From Wickerhamiella versatilis (lineage: Eukaryota): a DNA stretch of 64,000 bases. The stretch spans positions 620,001-684,000 of the forward strand of contig JAQOWU010000007.1 in the NCBI GenBank assembly GCA_030867685.1, given 5' to 3'. The stretch's first letter is position 1. The number at the start of each line of letters is the position of its first letter. The notes under the pieces were generated by a model, which worked only from the letters and a program-made list of their open reading frames with translations, did no database searches and was not told where the DNA came from. Positions 43,723 to 52,904 of this stretch are shown here, one piece after another. The position numbers were made by a program, and so were the translations under genes.

Positions 43723-44835
43723 GGGCCCCCACCCCTAAGCCTATATTACGCGAGATATGATGTTTCGCGTGTCGGCGGATACAGGACATGATTTCATCGA
43801 TGGAATCCTTTCACTCCCCCAGGAATCATTTAAGTCACATTATGGAATTGAAATTCCTCGAGCCATATAAAAATAAATACGTAGGGACGATGCAGCCAAT
43901 TCCTAGCAGAAATTTTACTTTTATATCATACTTACTTAATATACTGCGGCGAGAATGGTGCCGTAAAACGCTGCGACTGTGGCTGAATTGCATTTCTGTG
44001 ACGCCAAAATTGATTCATGACTCGCAGATACCTTCGGCATAGGTACTTGATATTCGAAACAAGGTTCGTGCGACCGTCTTATTATAGCAATCTATTTGGT
44101 TTATTTGTGATAGAGTTCATGGATGTTTCCAAAATGAACACCTAATTAAGTTTGTTTTTCGAACATCAGTGGCAATTGGTCTCAGAAGACTTGCAATCAT
44201 TTGTTATATCACAGGTAATGCATTTATATCTAGTATGATATTGCTCATCATAGCCACGCGTCGTGTCCCCAGAAAAGCATCTATGAAAACCTAAACAATA
44301 TGACAGTACGTCAACACTACGTCATACGGTATGCTCCTCTCCTCCCGGGATTCGTGGCTGAGTGGGACTTTCGATCTATCTGTAGTGGTCACCCATAGGG
44401 TGAAAAGGACTGCACTATAGACCATTTGGGGTAGCTATCTGGATATGGAAGTTCTTAATTTATTTTATGCACCTTACTCTATGGGTAGCAAGCACGGGGT
44501 TGCCTTATCGACAATCATTACATAATAACGTACCATAACATAGTAATAAAATATACGCGACAGTAAGACCACCACCCCCGCGTTCGGACGCCGACTGTCC
44601 CTTTTCCACGTCTTAATATAGAAGTGGCTAAACTACGCGTCTGAGTGGCTCTGATGTCTTAGTGTCGTGTAATTATTTTCCATGCAGCTAATAATTATTT
44701 AAAGTTTCTAGTACCCAGGAGAGTGGGGGTACGGCACCTCGGGGCGTTCCATAGCTGACATAAGCCAACTGTCACTGCTAAATAAATAAGCCCCTCCGAC
44801 CCACACTAATTCCCAACTGCATTCTTGCTACCAAA

Positions 44836-45150
44836 ATGAGACTTTGGCTATTGCTAGCTGCGGCAGTGTATGCAGCTCCATTCGATGGGAGCTCGCTGGA
44901 GAAAAGGGCCGACAAGGAGGACTATATCATCGTATTTTCTAAGGGGTTGGACACACCAGACCGGGTTGTGCGGAGTCTCGAGGATTCCATTAAAGGCCAA
45001 GGTGGCCAAATTCACTACGAGTATCGAACGGTTATCAAAGGATTCAGTGTATCTATGGATCCATCGGCCATGGAACGGGTCAAAGCTATGAATGACGTTG
45101 ATTTCCCGTTTGTCGTGGAGGTTGACCAACAAGCACGAACTATGCTCTAG
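44836..45150 (+). CDS. Peptidase inhibitor I9 (Pbi2/YHR138C-like) with signal peptide
   Basis: Hydrophobic leader, LEKR, YIIVF, GG.I..EY..VIKGFS and VE.DQ. Confidence 0.8.
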   Translation: MRLWLLLAAAVYAAPFDGSSLEKRADKEDYIIVFSKGLDTPDRVVRSLEDSIKGQGGQIHYEYRTVIKGFSVSMDPSAMERVKAMNDVDFPFVVEVDQQARTML

Positions 45151-45543
45151 CGCAGGCGCGGAGATTTATGATATTATATTGAGATATTGAGCCTCGCGTT
45201 CGGGGAGATGGATTTGCATTTTATTTTCGTTCCCCGGAGGTAGAGGCAGAAAACCGTTACGTTAAATACCAGCATAATATATTTTCTTGAGGCTCGGAGC
45301 AAACGGGCCCGTTCTAACAAACTTTGACTAGGTTAGGAATAACGTATTGCTATTATATGTCCTATATATAGTCCTTATGGATATGGGTTACTGACAGCCA
45401 CCATAGAGCAACCGACGCGATGACGCATTTTAAGGGCACCATCCTGGTTGCAACTTACGTTTCATCCTATACATACATATCTGTCGGTCCTTTTAGCACT
45501 AAAATCTGTATTAAGGGCTTTTTATCTGATGCCTGAGACCTGC

Positions 45544-45912
45544 TCAGTCTCTTTCTAGGTTTATATTCTCCCTTCCAAATTTTGCGTACAGCGATTTCTT
45601 CAAGCCGTCCATTCGCGTGGCTTCGTCGTCAATTTGCGATTCACGCTTCTTCAAGCGTTCCTCCAGCCCCTCTTTGCGTTTTTCAAGACGCTCCATAACT
45701 TCTTGCTGTTTCAGATAGACAAGTGCGTCGCCAATGCGGTAAGGGATCTCTTCATCCTCGTCCACGAGTTCCAGCTCGAGTGAGACGTCATCCACAAGCT
45801 CCATCTCGGTCTTTATGGATGCAAGGGCATCTTCGTGACCATTTAGGCGGCTATTGAGCTTTGAAAACTCGTTTATATTCTGCTGCTCCGTCCAGGTCAC
45901 CTCGGTGCTCAT
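45544..45912 (-). CDS. GIM3: Prefoldin subunit 4
   Basis: EVTW.EQQNINEFSKLN, IPYRIGD and LK..LYAKFG..INLE. ATG at 45912. Confidence 0.92.
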   Translation of the reverse strand: MSTEVTWTEQQNINEFSKLNSRLNGHEDALASIKTEMELVDDVSLELELVDEDEEIPYRIGDALVYLKQQEVMERLEKRKEGLEERLKKRESQIDDEATRMDGLKKSLYAKFGRENINLERD

Positions 45913-46025
45913 GTAATCAATTAGTGCTTCGGTGAGTGAGACAGAAGCCGGTGCAAGGTGGCAAAAAATTAAAAAAAAATTGCATATAACCATATATATA
46001 TAAAAAATAATATAACTTAGCGAAT

Positions 46026-46457
46026 CTAGTTGGCGTCCTTCAAGGACAGGACCTCACCACGCAGGCGGCGAGCAAGCTCGATGTCCTTCTCCTGGATAGT
46101 GACACGCTTGGCGTGAGTGGCGCAAGCATTGGTGTCCTCAAACAGGGAGACGAGGTAAGCCTCAACTGCTTCCTGCAATGCACCAATAGCAGAAGACTGG
46201 AAACGCAGCTCAGCCTTGAATTCCTGAGAGATCTCACGGACAAGACGCTGGAAAGGAAGCTTGCGGATCAACAATTCAGTCGACTTCTGGTAACGGCGAA
46301 TTTCTTGCAGGGCAACGGTACCAGGCTTATAACGGTGAGGCTTCTTGACACCAGAAGTGCCAGGAGTTGACTTACGGGCAGCCTTGGAGGCAACCTGCTT
46401 ACGGGGAGCCTTACCACCAGTGGATTTCTTAGCGCGGACGTTCTTTGTGCGAGCCAT
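46026..46457 (-). CDS. Histone H3, divergent variant (143 aa)
   Basis: Full H3 fold ([45 protein letters not shown]) with many substitutions. It lacks the long N-tail and loop-1 insertion of CenH3. Confidence 0.97.
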   Translation of the reverse strand: MARTKNVRAKKSTGGKAPRKQVASKAARKSTPGTSGVKKPHRYKPGTVALQEIRRYQKSTELLIRKLPFQRLVREISQEFKAELRFQSSAIGALQEAVEAYLVSLFEDTNACATHAKRVTIQEKDIELARRLRGEVLSLKDAN

Positions 46458-47236
46458 CTTAACAACCCTGAATTATTAAAGTGGGAATTGCTGAGCTTTT
46501 ATACTCTGGTTGGGAGATTACATCACATTATTCCATCACGCGGAGATTCCACTTCGCTCACGTTAAGCATGTACCTTTAACTCGTTAGAACACTAGTTAA
46601 CAAGATCAAAGCATAGCCATTATCGTAGATTTGGATGGAATTAGTTTAATGAGCCTATACAAATAACCATGCATTGCTCTTGAGCTGTCTTATTTTCCTA
46701 TCGCCTATCGTCATTTAGTTTCGTGGGTTGGGGTCCTGATGATCAGAGAACACACATTATATAAGCAAAAGGTAAGTTAGGGCTTCTTTTGGAGGCAAGG
46801 CGAGTGCGAACTTAGCACAGGTGGGTGCCTTCATGGCCGTCAAATTCAAATAATTATAGTACGAAGTAAGCTCTTAATTTTCGTTTATGGCACTGGCGCT
46901 CTCATTGTGACAGTCAAATAACTATTTTTCTATTCATTCTAGCGACATGATATCCTTTAAAAGCCCATGCAAGAGGATAATACTTGAGAGCTGCAATGCT
47001 GTGTTCAATTTGGGATTGCTGGCCGAAATTTGTCGCTCACAGCCCCCATTTAGTTCAGATTAAAAGTTTAGGATCAGACCAAAAAAAAGTTTCCAATTAT
47101 TCACCGGTTGGAGTTTAGTGGGAACGTCTGGTACATCCCAGAGTCGCTCTATATCCCTCTCTTTGGCCAGCTTAACTTGCCACAAACCTCGGGACCTGAT
47201 AGTTTGACATAATCACTCAGGTCCAAGAAGGTATGA

Positions 47237-48622
47237 ATGCAGGCTCGCTTTGATGCGGTTCTCAGAAGAGTGCTTGGACTGCATCCCTCGCATAGAATAG
47301 GATTAGCTGTCAGTGGTGGTGTTGATTCGATAGTCTTGGCTTCGCTGGCCCAATCTTGGGCGCTTCCCCGGGGAATCTTCTTGCAGGCTTTTGTGATTGA
47401 TCATTTACTTCGTAAGGGTAGTTCTGAAGAAGCATTGAAAGTGGCGGAGCTACTTGAGAAGCAGGGAATATCTACCAATATCTTGAGAATGGATATGAGC
47501 GGTGCCGATCCCTCAAAAATGGAAGTTTTAGCGAGAGATGAACGCCGCAGGCTTCTGGAGCGTGAATGCAATAAGCATAAACTTACCACATTAATGCATG
47601 GCCATCATCTGGATGATCAGGTTGAACTTATGATCATGAGACTCTTGGGTGGCAGCGGATGGATGGGTTTAGCGGGTATGCAACCCTCCAGCTGGCTTTC
47701 TCAGGTATTGCCCCCAAATCTCCTACCGGTACGGCTTCTCAAACCTCTCTTAGGTTTTCGCAAAAAAGAATTATATGGCATCGCCGAGAAAAGGGGGCTT
47801 CGCTATTTTGAAGATGCGACGAACTATCAACCTATGTTAACTCGCCGAAACGCTATAAGAAAAATTCTTTCGGAGACTCCTCAATCTGCGCTGGAGTCTC
47901 TGTATCAGGCACAGCTGTTGTTTAACAAACAACGTACGCTAGTTACCTCCCAGGCCCTTCTAACGGATCAGGTTCTTCAGGCATCCGGGGATCTCAATTA
48001 TTCTAAACTGGAGGGCTCAGCAACGTTGGAAATACAATCTGATACTCAGCGGCTGCCGCCTGCTATTTTGACTCAATTACTTTACATGATAATTGCACGA
48101 TTGGCCCCCATTGATCCCTCACAAATTGCTTACCGGCGGCAGCCTATCGTACGCGAACTAATCCCCAGACTTCAACATAAAGTCTGGCCTTCATTCAAAA
48201 AGACACTTAGTGGCCTGGTAATCACGCATAGAAAGGGGAAGATATCTTTCGAGCGAGCCCCTCCTCGGGCCACTGAGCTGACAAGTGTTTCTGATGTATA
48301 TAATGCTACCCATTCCTGGTCCGAATGGCAATTATTTGATGGAAGATGGTGGCTTCGATGGCGCCTCCCTCCCAAGGACACCTGTGAGGTACGCCAGATC
48401 TCCATAAAATTATTAGGGCCTCATGCGGAAGTTATTAACAAAGTGTTTCAGCCCTCAACCCCTGTGGAAGCCTCGGCAGTTAATGCGAGCCAACCCTTCT
48501 TTATCATTCACGACGTTCGAGATCCATTTGGTATTTCTATGGATCGAGTCTTAGGGTGCCCAACCCTGGGGCATATGAGAGGATTAATGGTTGAAGCTAA
48601 ATTCAAAAGAATAATGTTTTAA
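47237..48622 (+). CDS. tilS: tRNA(Ile)-lysidine synthetase homologue (PP-loop ATPase)
   Basis: AVSGGVDS, IDH.LR, E..AR..R, HHLDDQ.E...MRL..GSG..GLAGM, PLL...K and ED.TN......RN.IR. Confidence 0.88.
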   Translation: MQARFDAVLRRVLGLHPSHRIGLAVSGGVDSIVLASLAQSWALPRGIFLQAFVIDHLLRKGSSEEALKVAELLEKQGISTNILRMDMSGADPSKMEVLARDERRRLLERECNKHKLTTLMHGHHLDDQVELMIMRLLGGSGWMGLAGMQPSSWLSQVLPPNLLPVRLLKPLLGFRKKELYGIAEKRGLRYFEDATNYQPMLTRRNAIRKILSETPQSALESLYQAQLLFNKQRTLVTSQALLTDQVLQASGDLNYSKLEGSATLEIQSDTQRLPPAILTQLLYMIIARLAPIDPSQIAYRRQPIVRELIPRLQHKVWPSFKKTLSGLVITHRKGKISFERAPPRATELTSVSDVYNATHSWSEWQLFDGRWWLRWRLPPKDTCEVRQISIKLLGPHAEVINKVFQPSTPVEASAVNASQPFFIIHDVRDPFGISMDRVLGCPTLGHMRGLMVEAKFKRIMF

Positions 48623-48733
48623 TGTAAATAGTGCGCGCGTGTTATGTGCCAATCAATCAATCTTATGGCTAGCAAAGATTAATAATCTAACAGACTCACA
48701 CTTTAGCGAATAGAGTGACTAATTTTTGTGGTC

Positions 48734-51700
48734 ATGAACTTCCCCAAGGCTGAAGAAGAAGTACTTAAGTACTGGGGGGATATCGATGCATTCCATGAGT
48801 CTCTCAGACAATCAGAGGGTAGGCCCGAGTTTACTTTCTACGATGGACCACCCTTTGCGACAGGGACACCCCATTATGGCCATATGCTCGCGAGCACAAT
48901 TAAGGATGTGGTGCCCCGCTATGCGACCATGAAGGGCTTCCACGTCGAAAGAAGATTCGGATGGGACACCCATGGACTACCGATTGAGCATATGATCGAT
49001 AAGCAACTTAACATCCGCCGCAAGGAAGACGTATTGGAGATGGGCATTGACAAATATAACGATGAATGTCGCAAGGTTGTCATGACGCATTCCGACGTTT
49101 GGAGGCGTGATATAGGCCGTCTTGGTCGCTGGATTGATTTTGATCATGACTATAAGACAATGTATCCGAGCTTCATGGAAACTGAGTGGTGGGTGTTCCG
49201 CCAATTATTTGAAAAAGGTGCTGTATATCGTGGCTACCGTGTTATGCCGTATTCCACCGGATGTACTACACCACTCTCTAACTTTGAAGCCCAGCAAAAT
49301 TATAAGGAGGTTTTGGACCCAGCGGTTACTGTCTCTTTCAAGGTTGTGGGTGAGGATTACGAGTTGCTTGCTTGGACAACGACTCCATGGACGCTTCCCT
49401 CAAACCTGGCACTTGCAGTTAACCCAGAATTCGAGTATTTGAAGTTCCGTGATGAAAAGAGAGGCCGAACGTTTGTGATCCTTGAGAAACTTTTAACGAC
49501 TGTGTACAAAAACCCCAAGAAAGAGTCACTGACCAAGTTGGGAACGCTGAAGGGCAAGGATATAGTAGGGAAGCGCTATGAGCCCCTCTTTCCTTTCTTC
49601 GTGGACGAGTATGGGACTACAGCATTCAGGGTTATTGGTGCAGACTACGTGACGGATGACAGTGGTACAGGTGTTGTACATCAGGCCCCGGCATTTGGTG
49701 AGGCAGACTTCGAAGCGGCCCTTGCCGCGGGTATTGTCACTCCAGAGAAACCCGGAGCAAATCCAGTGGACGATAATGGCTGTTTCACCAATGCTGTTAC
49801 ACAGTGGGCTGGCCAGTATGTTAAAGAGGCCGATCGGTCAATAATCAAGCACCTGAAGCAAGAGGGTCGTCTTATCGTCGATGCTCAAGTCCGCCATTCC
49901 TACCCATTCTGCTGGCGGAGTGATACCCCACTGCTCTATCGAGCCGTACCAGCATGGTTTGTGAAGGTCAAGGAGTACGTACCACAGATCTTGGGTAACT
50001 TGGAGAAGACTTATTGGGTTCCACAGGCGATTGGGGAGGGCCGTTTTGGTAATTGGATCAAGGGTGCGCGCGACTGGAATGTAAGCCGTAACCGTTATTG
50101 GGGTACACCTATTCCTCTGTGGGTTTCTGATGACTACGAGGAAGTTGTTTGTATTGGATCAATTGAGGAGCTTTCAAAGCTTTCCGGAAAACCAGTGTCA
50201 GAGCTTAAGGACCTCCACCGAGAATTCGTCGATGATATCACAATTCCATCAAGTAAAGGCAAGGGTGTTCTTCGCCGCATTCCCGAGGTCTTCGACTGTT
50301 GGTTCGAATCTGGTAGCATGCCCTTCAGTTCCCAACACTATCCCTTCGAAAACAAGGAGAATTTTATGGATAGGTACCCTGCTGACTTCATTGCCGAAGG
50401 TCTTGATCAAACGCGTGGATGGTTCTATGTGTTGACAGTGCTAGGAAACCTGTTAATGGACCAGTCTCCTTTCAAGAATGTGGTAGTGACTGGTATCATT
50501 TTGGCTGCAGATGGTAAGAAGATGTCAAAATCATTGAAGAACTATCCTGACCCAAATCTGATGTTCGATAAATATGGCGCAGATGCTATCAGACTTTATC
50601 TCATAAACTCACCTGTGCTAAGGGCAGAGGCTCTCCGGTTCAAGGAGGAAGGCGTTCGTGAGGTCGTTTCCAAGGTTTTTATTCCTTGGTGGAACTCCTT
50701 CAAATTCCTTGAAATGCAGGTAGCACTGTTGAAGAAAGATACTGGTAAGGAATACAGTTGGGATCCGAATGCGAAGTCATCAAATGTTATGGATAAATGG
50801 CTTTTAGGAACTCTGCAGCATTTGCTGGGCCATATTGATGTCGAAATGAAGGCATATAGGCTTTATGGTGTTGTTCCAGGGCTTTTGGGATTCATAGATG
50901 ACCTCACCAACTGGTACATCCGCTTGAATCGACCTCGATTGAAGGGTGAGTTTGGTGTCGAAGATACATGTCATGCTTTGAATACACTTTTCGAAGCACT
51001 ATATGTGTTTTCGAGGGCAATGGCTCCCTTCGTTCCGTTCTTGAGTGAGACTGTATACCAGAGACTGCGTCAATGGCTTCCAGGTGAAACAAAGGCTAGT
51101 GTCCATTTCCTCAGCTATCCCGAAGTTCGGGCTGAGCTTGTGGATGAGGATACTCGTATTGCCGTTGATAGGATGCGCAGCGTCATAGAGCTTGGTCGTA
51201 CCATTCGTGAAAGGCGCGCTGTGTCCTTGAAGACACCTCTTGGTAAATTGATAGTGATTCATCAAGACCCTAAGTATCGTACTGATATTGAGAGGCTCGG
51301 AAAATTCATTCAGGACGAGCTTAATGTACGCGAATTGGAAGTAACGGGCGACGAGGCTTCTAATGGGGTGCGCTATGTCGCCCTTGCCGACTGGCCCGTT
51401 CTAGGGAAAAAACTCAAGCGTGACGCTGCACGTGTTAAGAAGGCTCTTCCTTCATTGGCGTCAGAAGACGTTGAGAAATATCTGGAAACAGGTAATATCA
51501 TCGTTGATGGCATTCCTCTTGAACGGGGTGACTTACAGGTCACCCGAACTGTAGCCGATGAGTACGAACAAAAGAATCTTTGTAGCAATTCGGATAATGA
51601 TGCGCTTATTATCCTGGATACTAATGTGTATCCCGAGCTTGCAGCAGAAGGTTGCGCTCGTGAATTTTTGAACCGCGTGCAGCGCTATCGTAAGAAGCTT

Positions 51701-51922
51701 GGTTTACAACAGACCGATGATATCCAGGTAGAATATCTATGTACGTCTGAAAACCAGTCCGAACTGCCAAAGGCCTTGGATGGGCATGCTGAAATGGTCA
51801 CGAAGAGTCTTCGTCGTCCTCTTCGTAACTGGTCTTCTGAGGCACCACCTAAAGTTTTGGGAGAAGAACCTCAGGAAATTGGAGATATCCAGTTTAAGCT
51901 GAGACTTATTTCTTTGGACTAG
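48734..51922 (+). CDS. ILS1: Cytosolic isoleucyl-tRNA synthetase
   Basis: DGPPFATGTPHYGH, WTTTPWTLP, DWNVSRNRYWGTP, EGLDQTRGW and KMSKS. Confidence 0.97.
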   Translation: MNFPKAEEEVLKYWGDIDAFHESLRQSEGRPEFTFYDGPPFATGTPHYGHMLASTIKDVVPRYATMKGFHVERRFGWDTHGLPIEHMIDKQLNIRRKEDVLEMGIDKYNDECRKVVMTHSDVWRRDIGRLGRWIDFDHDYKTMYPSFMETEWWVFRQLFEKGAVYRGYRVMPYSTGCTTPLSNFEAQQNYKEVLDPAVTVSFKVVGEDYELLAWTTTPWTLPSNLALAVNPEFEYLKFRDEKRGRTFVILEKLLTTVYKNPKKESLTKLGTLKGKDIVGKRYEPLFPFFVDEYGTTAFRVIGADYVTDDSGTGVVHQAPAFGEADFEAALAAGIVTPEKPGANPVDDNGCFTNAVTQWAGQYVKEADRSIIKHLKQEGRLIVDAQVRHSYPFCWRSDTPLLYRAVPAWFVKVKEYVPQILGNLEKTYWVPQAIGEGRFGNWIKGARDWNVSRNRYWGTPIPLWVSDDYEEVVCIGSIEELSKLSGKPVSELKDLHREFVDDITIPSSKGKGVLRRIPEVFDCWFESGSMPFSSQHYPFENKENFMDRYPADFIAEGLDQTRGWFYVLTVLGNLLMDQSPFKNVVVTGIILAADGKKMSKSLKNYPDPNLMFDKYGADAIRLYLINSPVLRAEALRFKEEGVREVVSKVFIPWWNSFKFLEMQVALLKKDTGKEYSWDPNAKSSNVMDKWLLGTLQHLLGHIDVEMKAYRLYGVVPGLLGFIDDLTNWYIRLNRPRLKGEFGVEDTCHALNTLFEALYVFSRAMAPFVPFLSETVYQRLRQWLPGETKASVHFLSYPEVRAELVDEDTRIAVDRMRSVIELGRTIRERRAVSLKTPLGKLIVIHQDPKYRTDIERLGKFIQDELNVRELEVTGDEASNGVRYVALADWPVLGKKLKRDAARVKKALPSLASEDVEKYLETGNIIVDGIPLERGDLQVTRTVADEYEQKNLCSNSDNDALIILDTNVYPELAAEGCAREFLNRVQRYRKKLGLQQTDDIQVEYLCTSENQSELPKALDGHAEMVTKSLRRPLRNWSSEAPPKVLGEEPQEIGDIQFKLRLISLD

Positions 51923-52102
51923 GCACATAATAAAATTCAGTTACCTATATATTATACAATAACCATTAGTGGAGGTACTCTGTTTTCTTGGCCGGAAAGC
52001 GTTTGATCAGGGTGGTGTGCGATAAATTCAAAGTTTCGAGCCTCACCTGGACTCATAGTATACTTGACTCCGTCCCGGAAAAACTCCTCTGATAAAATGT
52101 TT

Positions 52103-52723
52103 TTATAAGAGGTCATTTGCAGCATCAATTGTGTCAGTAAATTGTTTTGCAAATATTTTAAACTTCCCATCTTCTACTATGGTAACACAACAGTTACCCA
52201 ACCGGTCATTCATACGGTCAAGTTGATCTTCCATAGTCACCCTGCCAGAGGTGATGAGCCATTTATAAAGCGCACGTAGCGTTCCGCCATGGGAAACGAT
52301 AAGAACATTTTGATCATCAAGTGCTATGTTGTTGTTTATAAAATCCCAGGCTCTGCCAACACGTGCTATATGGGCATCTGGCTGTTCGCCATATTCAATA
52401 AATGATTTTTTACCTTCCTTTTTCATCTTATCGAGGGCTTCTGAATACAAGAGACCTTGCAATTCACCCAAATTTCTTTCTCGCAAATCCTCTATCCGTT
52501 TAATAGGCTGTTTGTTCCCGGTGATCAATTCAGCAGTTTGTGATGCTCGCTTCAGATCGCTACTATAGACCTGGTCAAACTTGACACCAGCTTTTGCCAA
52601 CACAGAACTTAAAGTTTTTGCTTGCTGCTCACCAGCTTCGTTTAATGGAATATCAAGATGGCCTTGCATTCGTCTATCGAGATTATACTCTGTCTCGCCA
52701 TGCCTCACGATGAAAAGCTTCAT
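52103..52723 (-). CDS. Histidine phosphatase/phosphoglycerate-mutase family protein (YOR283W-like)
   Basis: RHGET, SSDL.RA.QT, LRER..G and VSHGG. Confidence 0.9.
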   Translation of the reverse strand: MKLFIVRHGETEYNLDRRMQGHLDIPLNEAGEQQAKTLSSVLAKAGVKFDQVYSSDLKRASQTAELITGNKQPIKRIEDLRERNLGELQGLLYSEALDKMKKEGKKSFIEYGEQPDAHIARVGRAWDFINNNIALDDQNVLIVSHGGTLRALYKWLITSGRVTMEDQLDRMNDRLGNCCVTIVEDGKFKIFAKQFTDTIDAANDLL

Positions 52724-52904
52724 TGACGTGCTGAATAATCATGATATTAAAAGACTATTAAAGGGACTCAAGATTCAAAAATACCTGCAGTAATTATTTC
52801 CACTACATAGAATGTATAGTCGCTGAACTGGTGGCCGGTTTTGGTTTTGTTTATTTGAGGATACGCATTAGTCATCATTGTTTTCATTCTTACAGAAACA
52901 GTTC

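Noticed and set aside
46026-46457. H3 gene as centromeric Cse4/CENP-A
   Set aside because: It has a canonical-like short tail, retains the FQ and VTI positions, and has no loop-1 extension.
52103-52723. AT-rich histidine phosphatase as a second horizontal transfer
   Set aside because: It resembles the native yeast YOR283W type; composition alone is not evidence.
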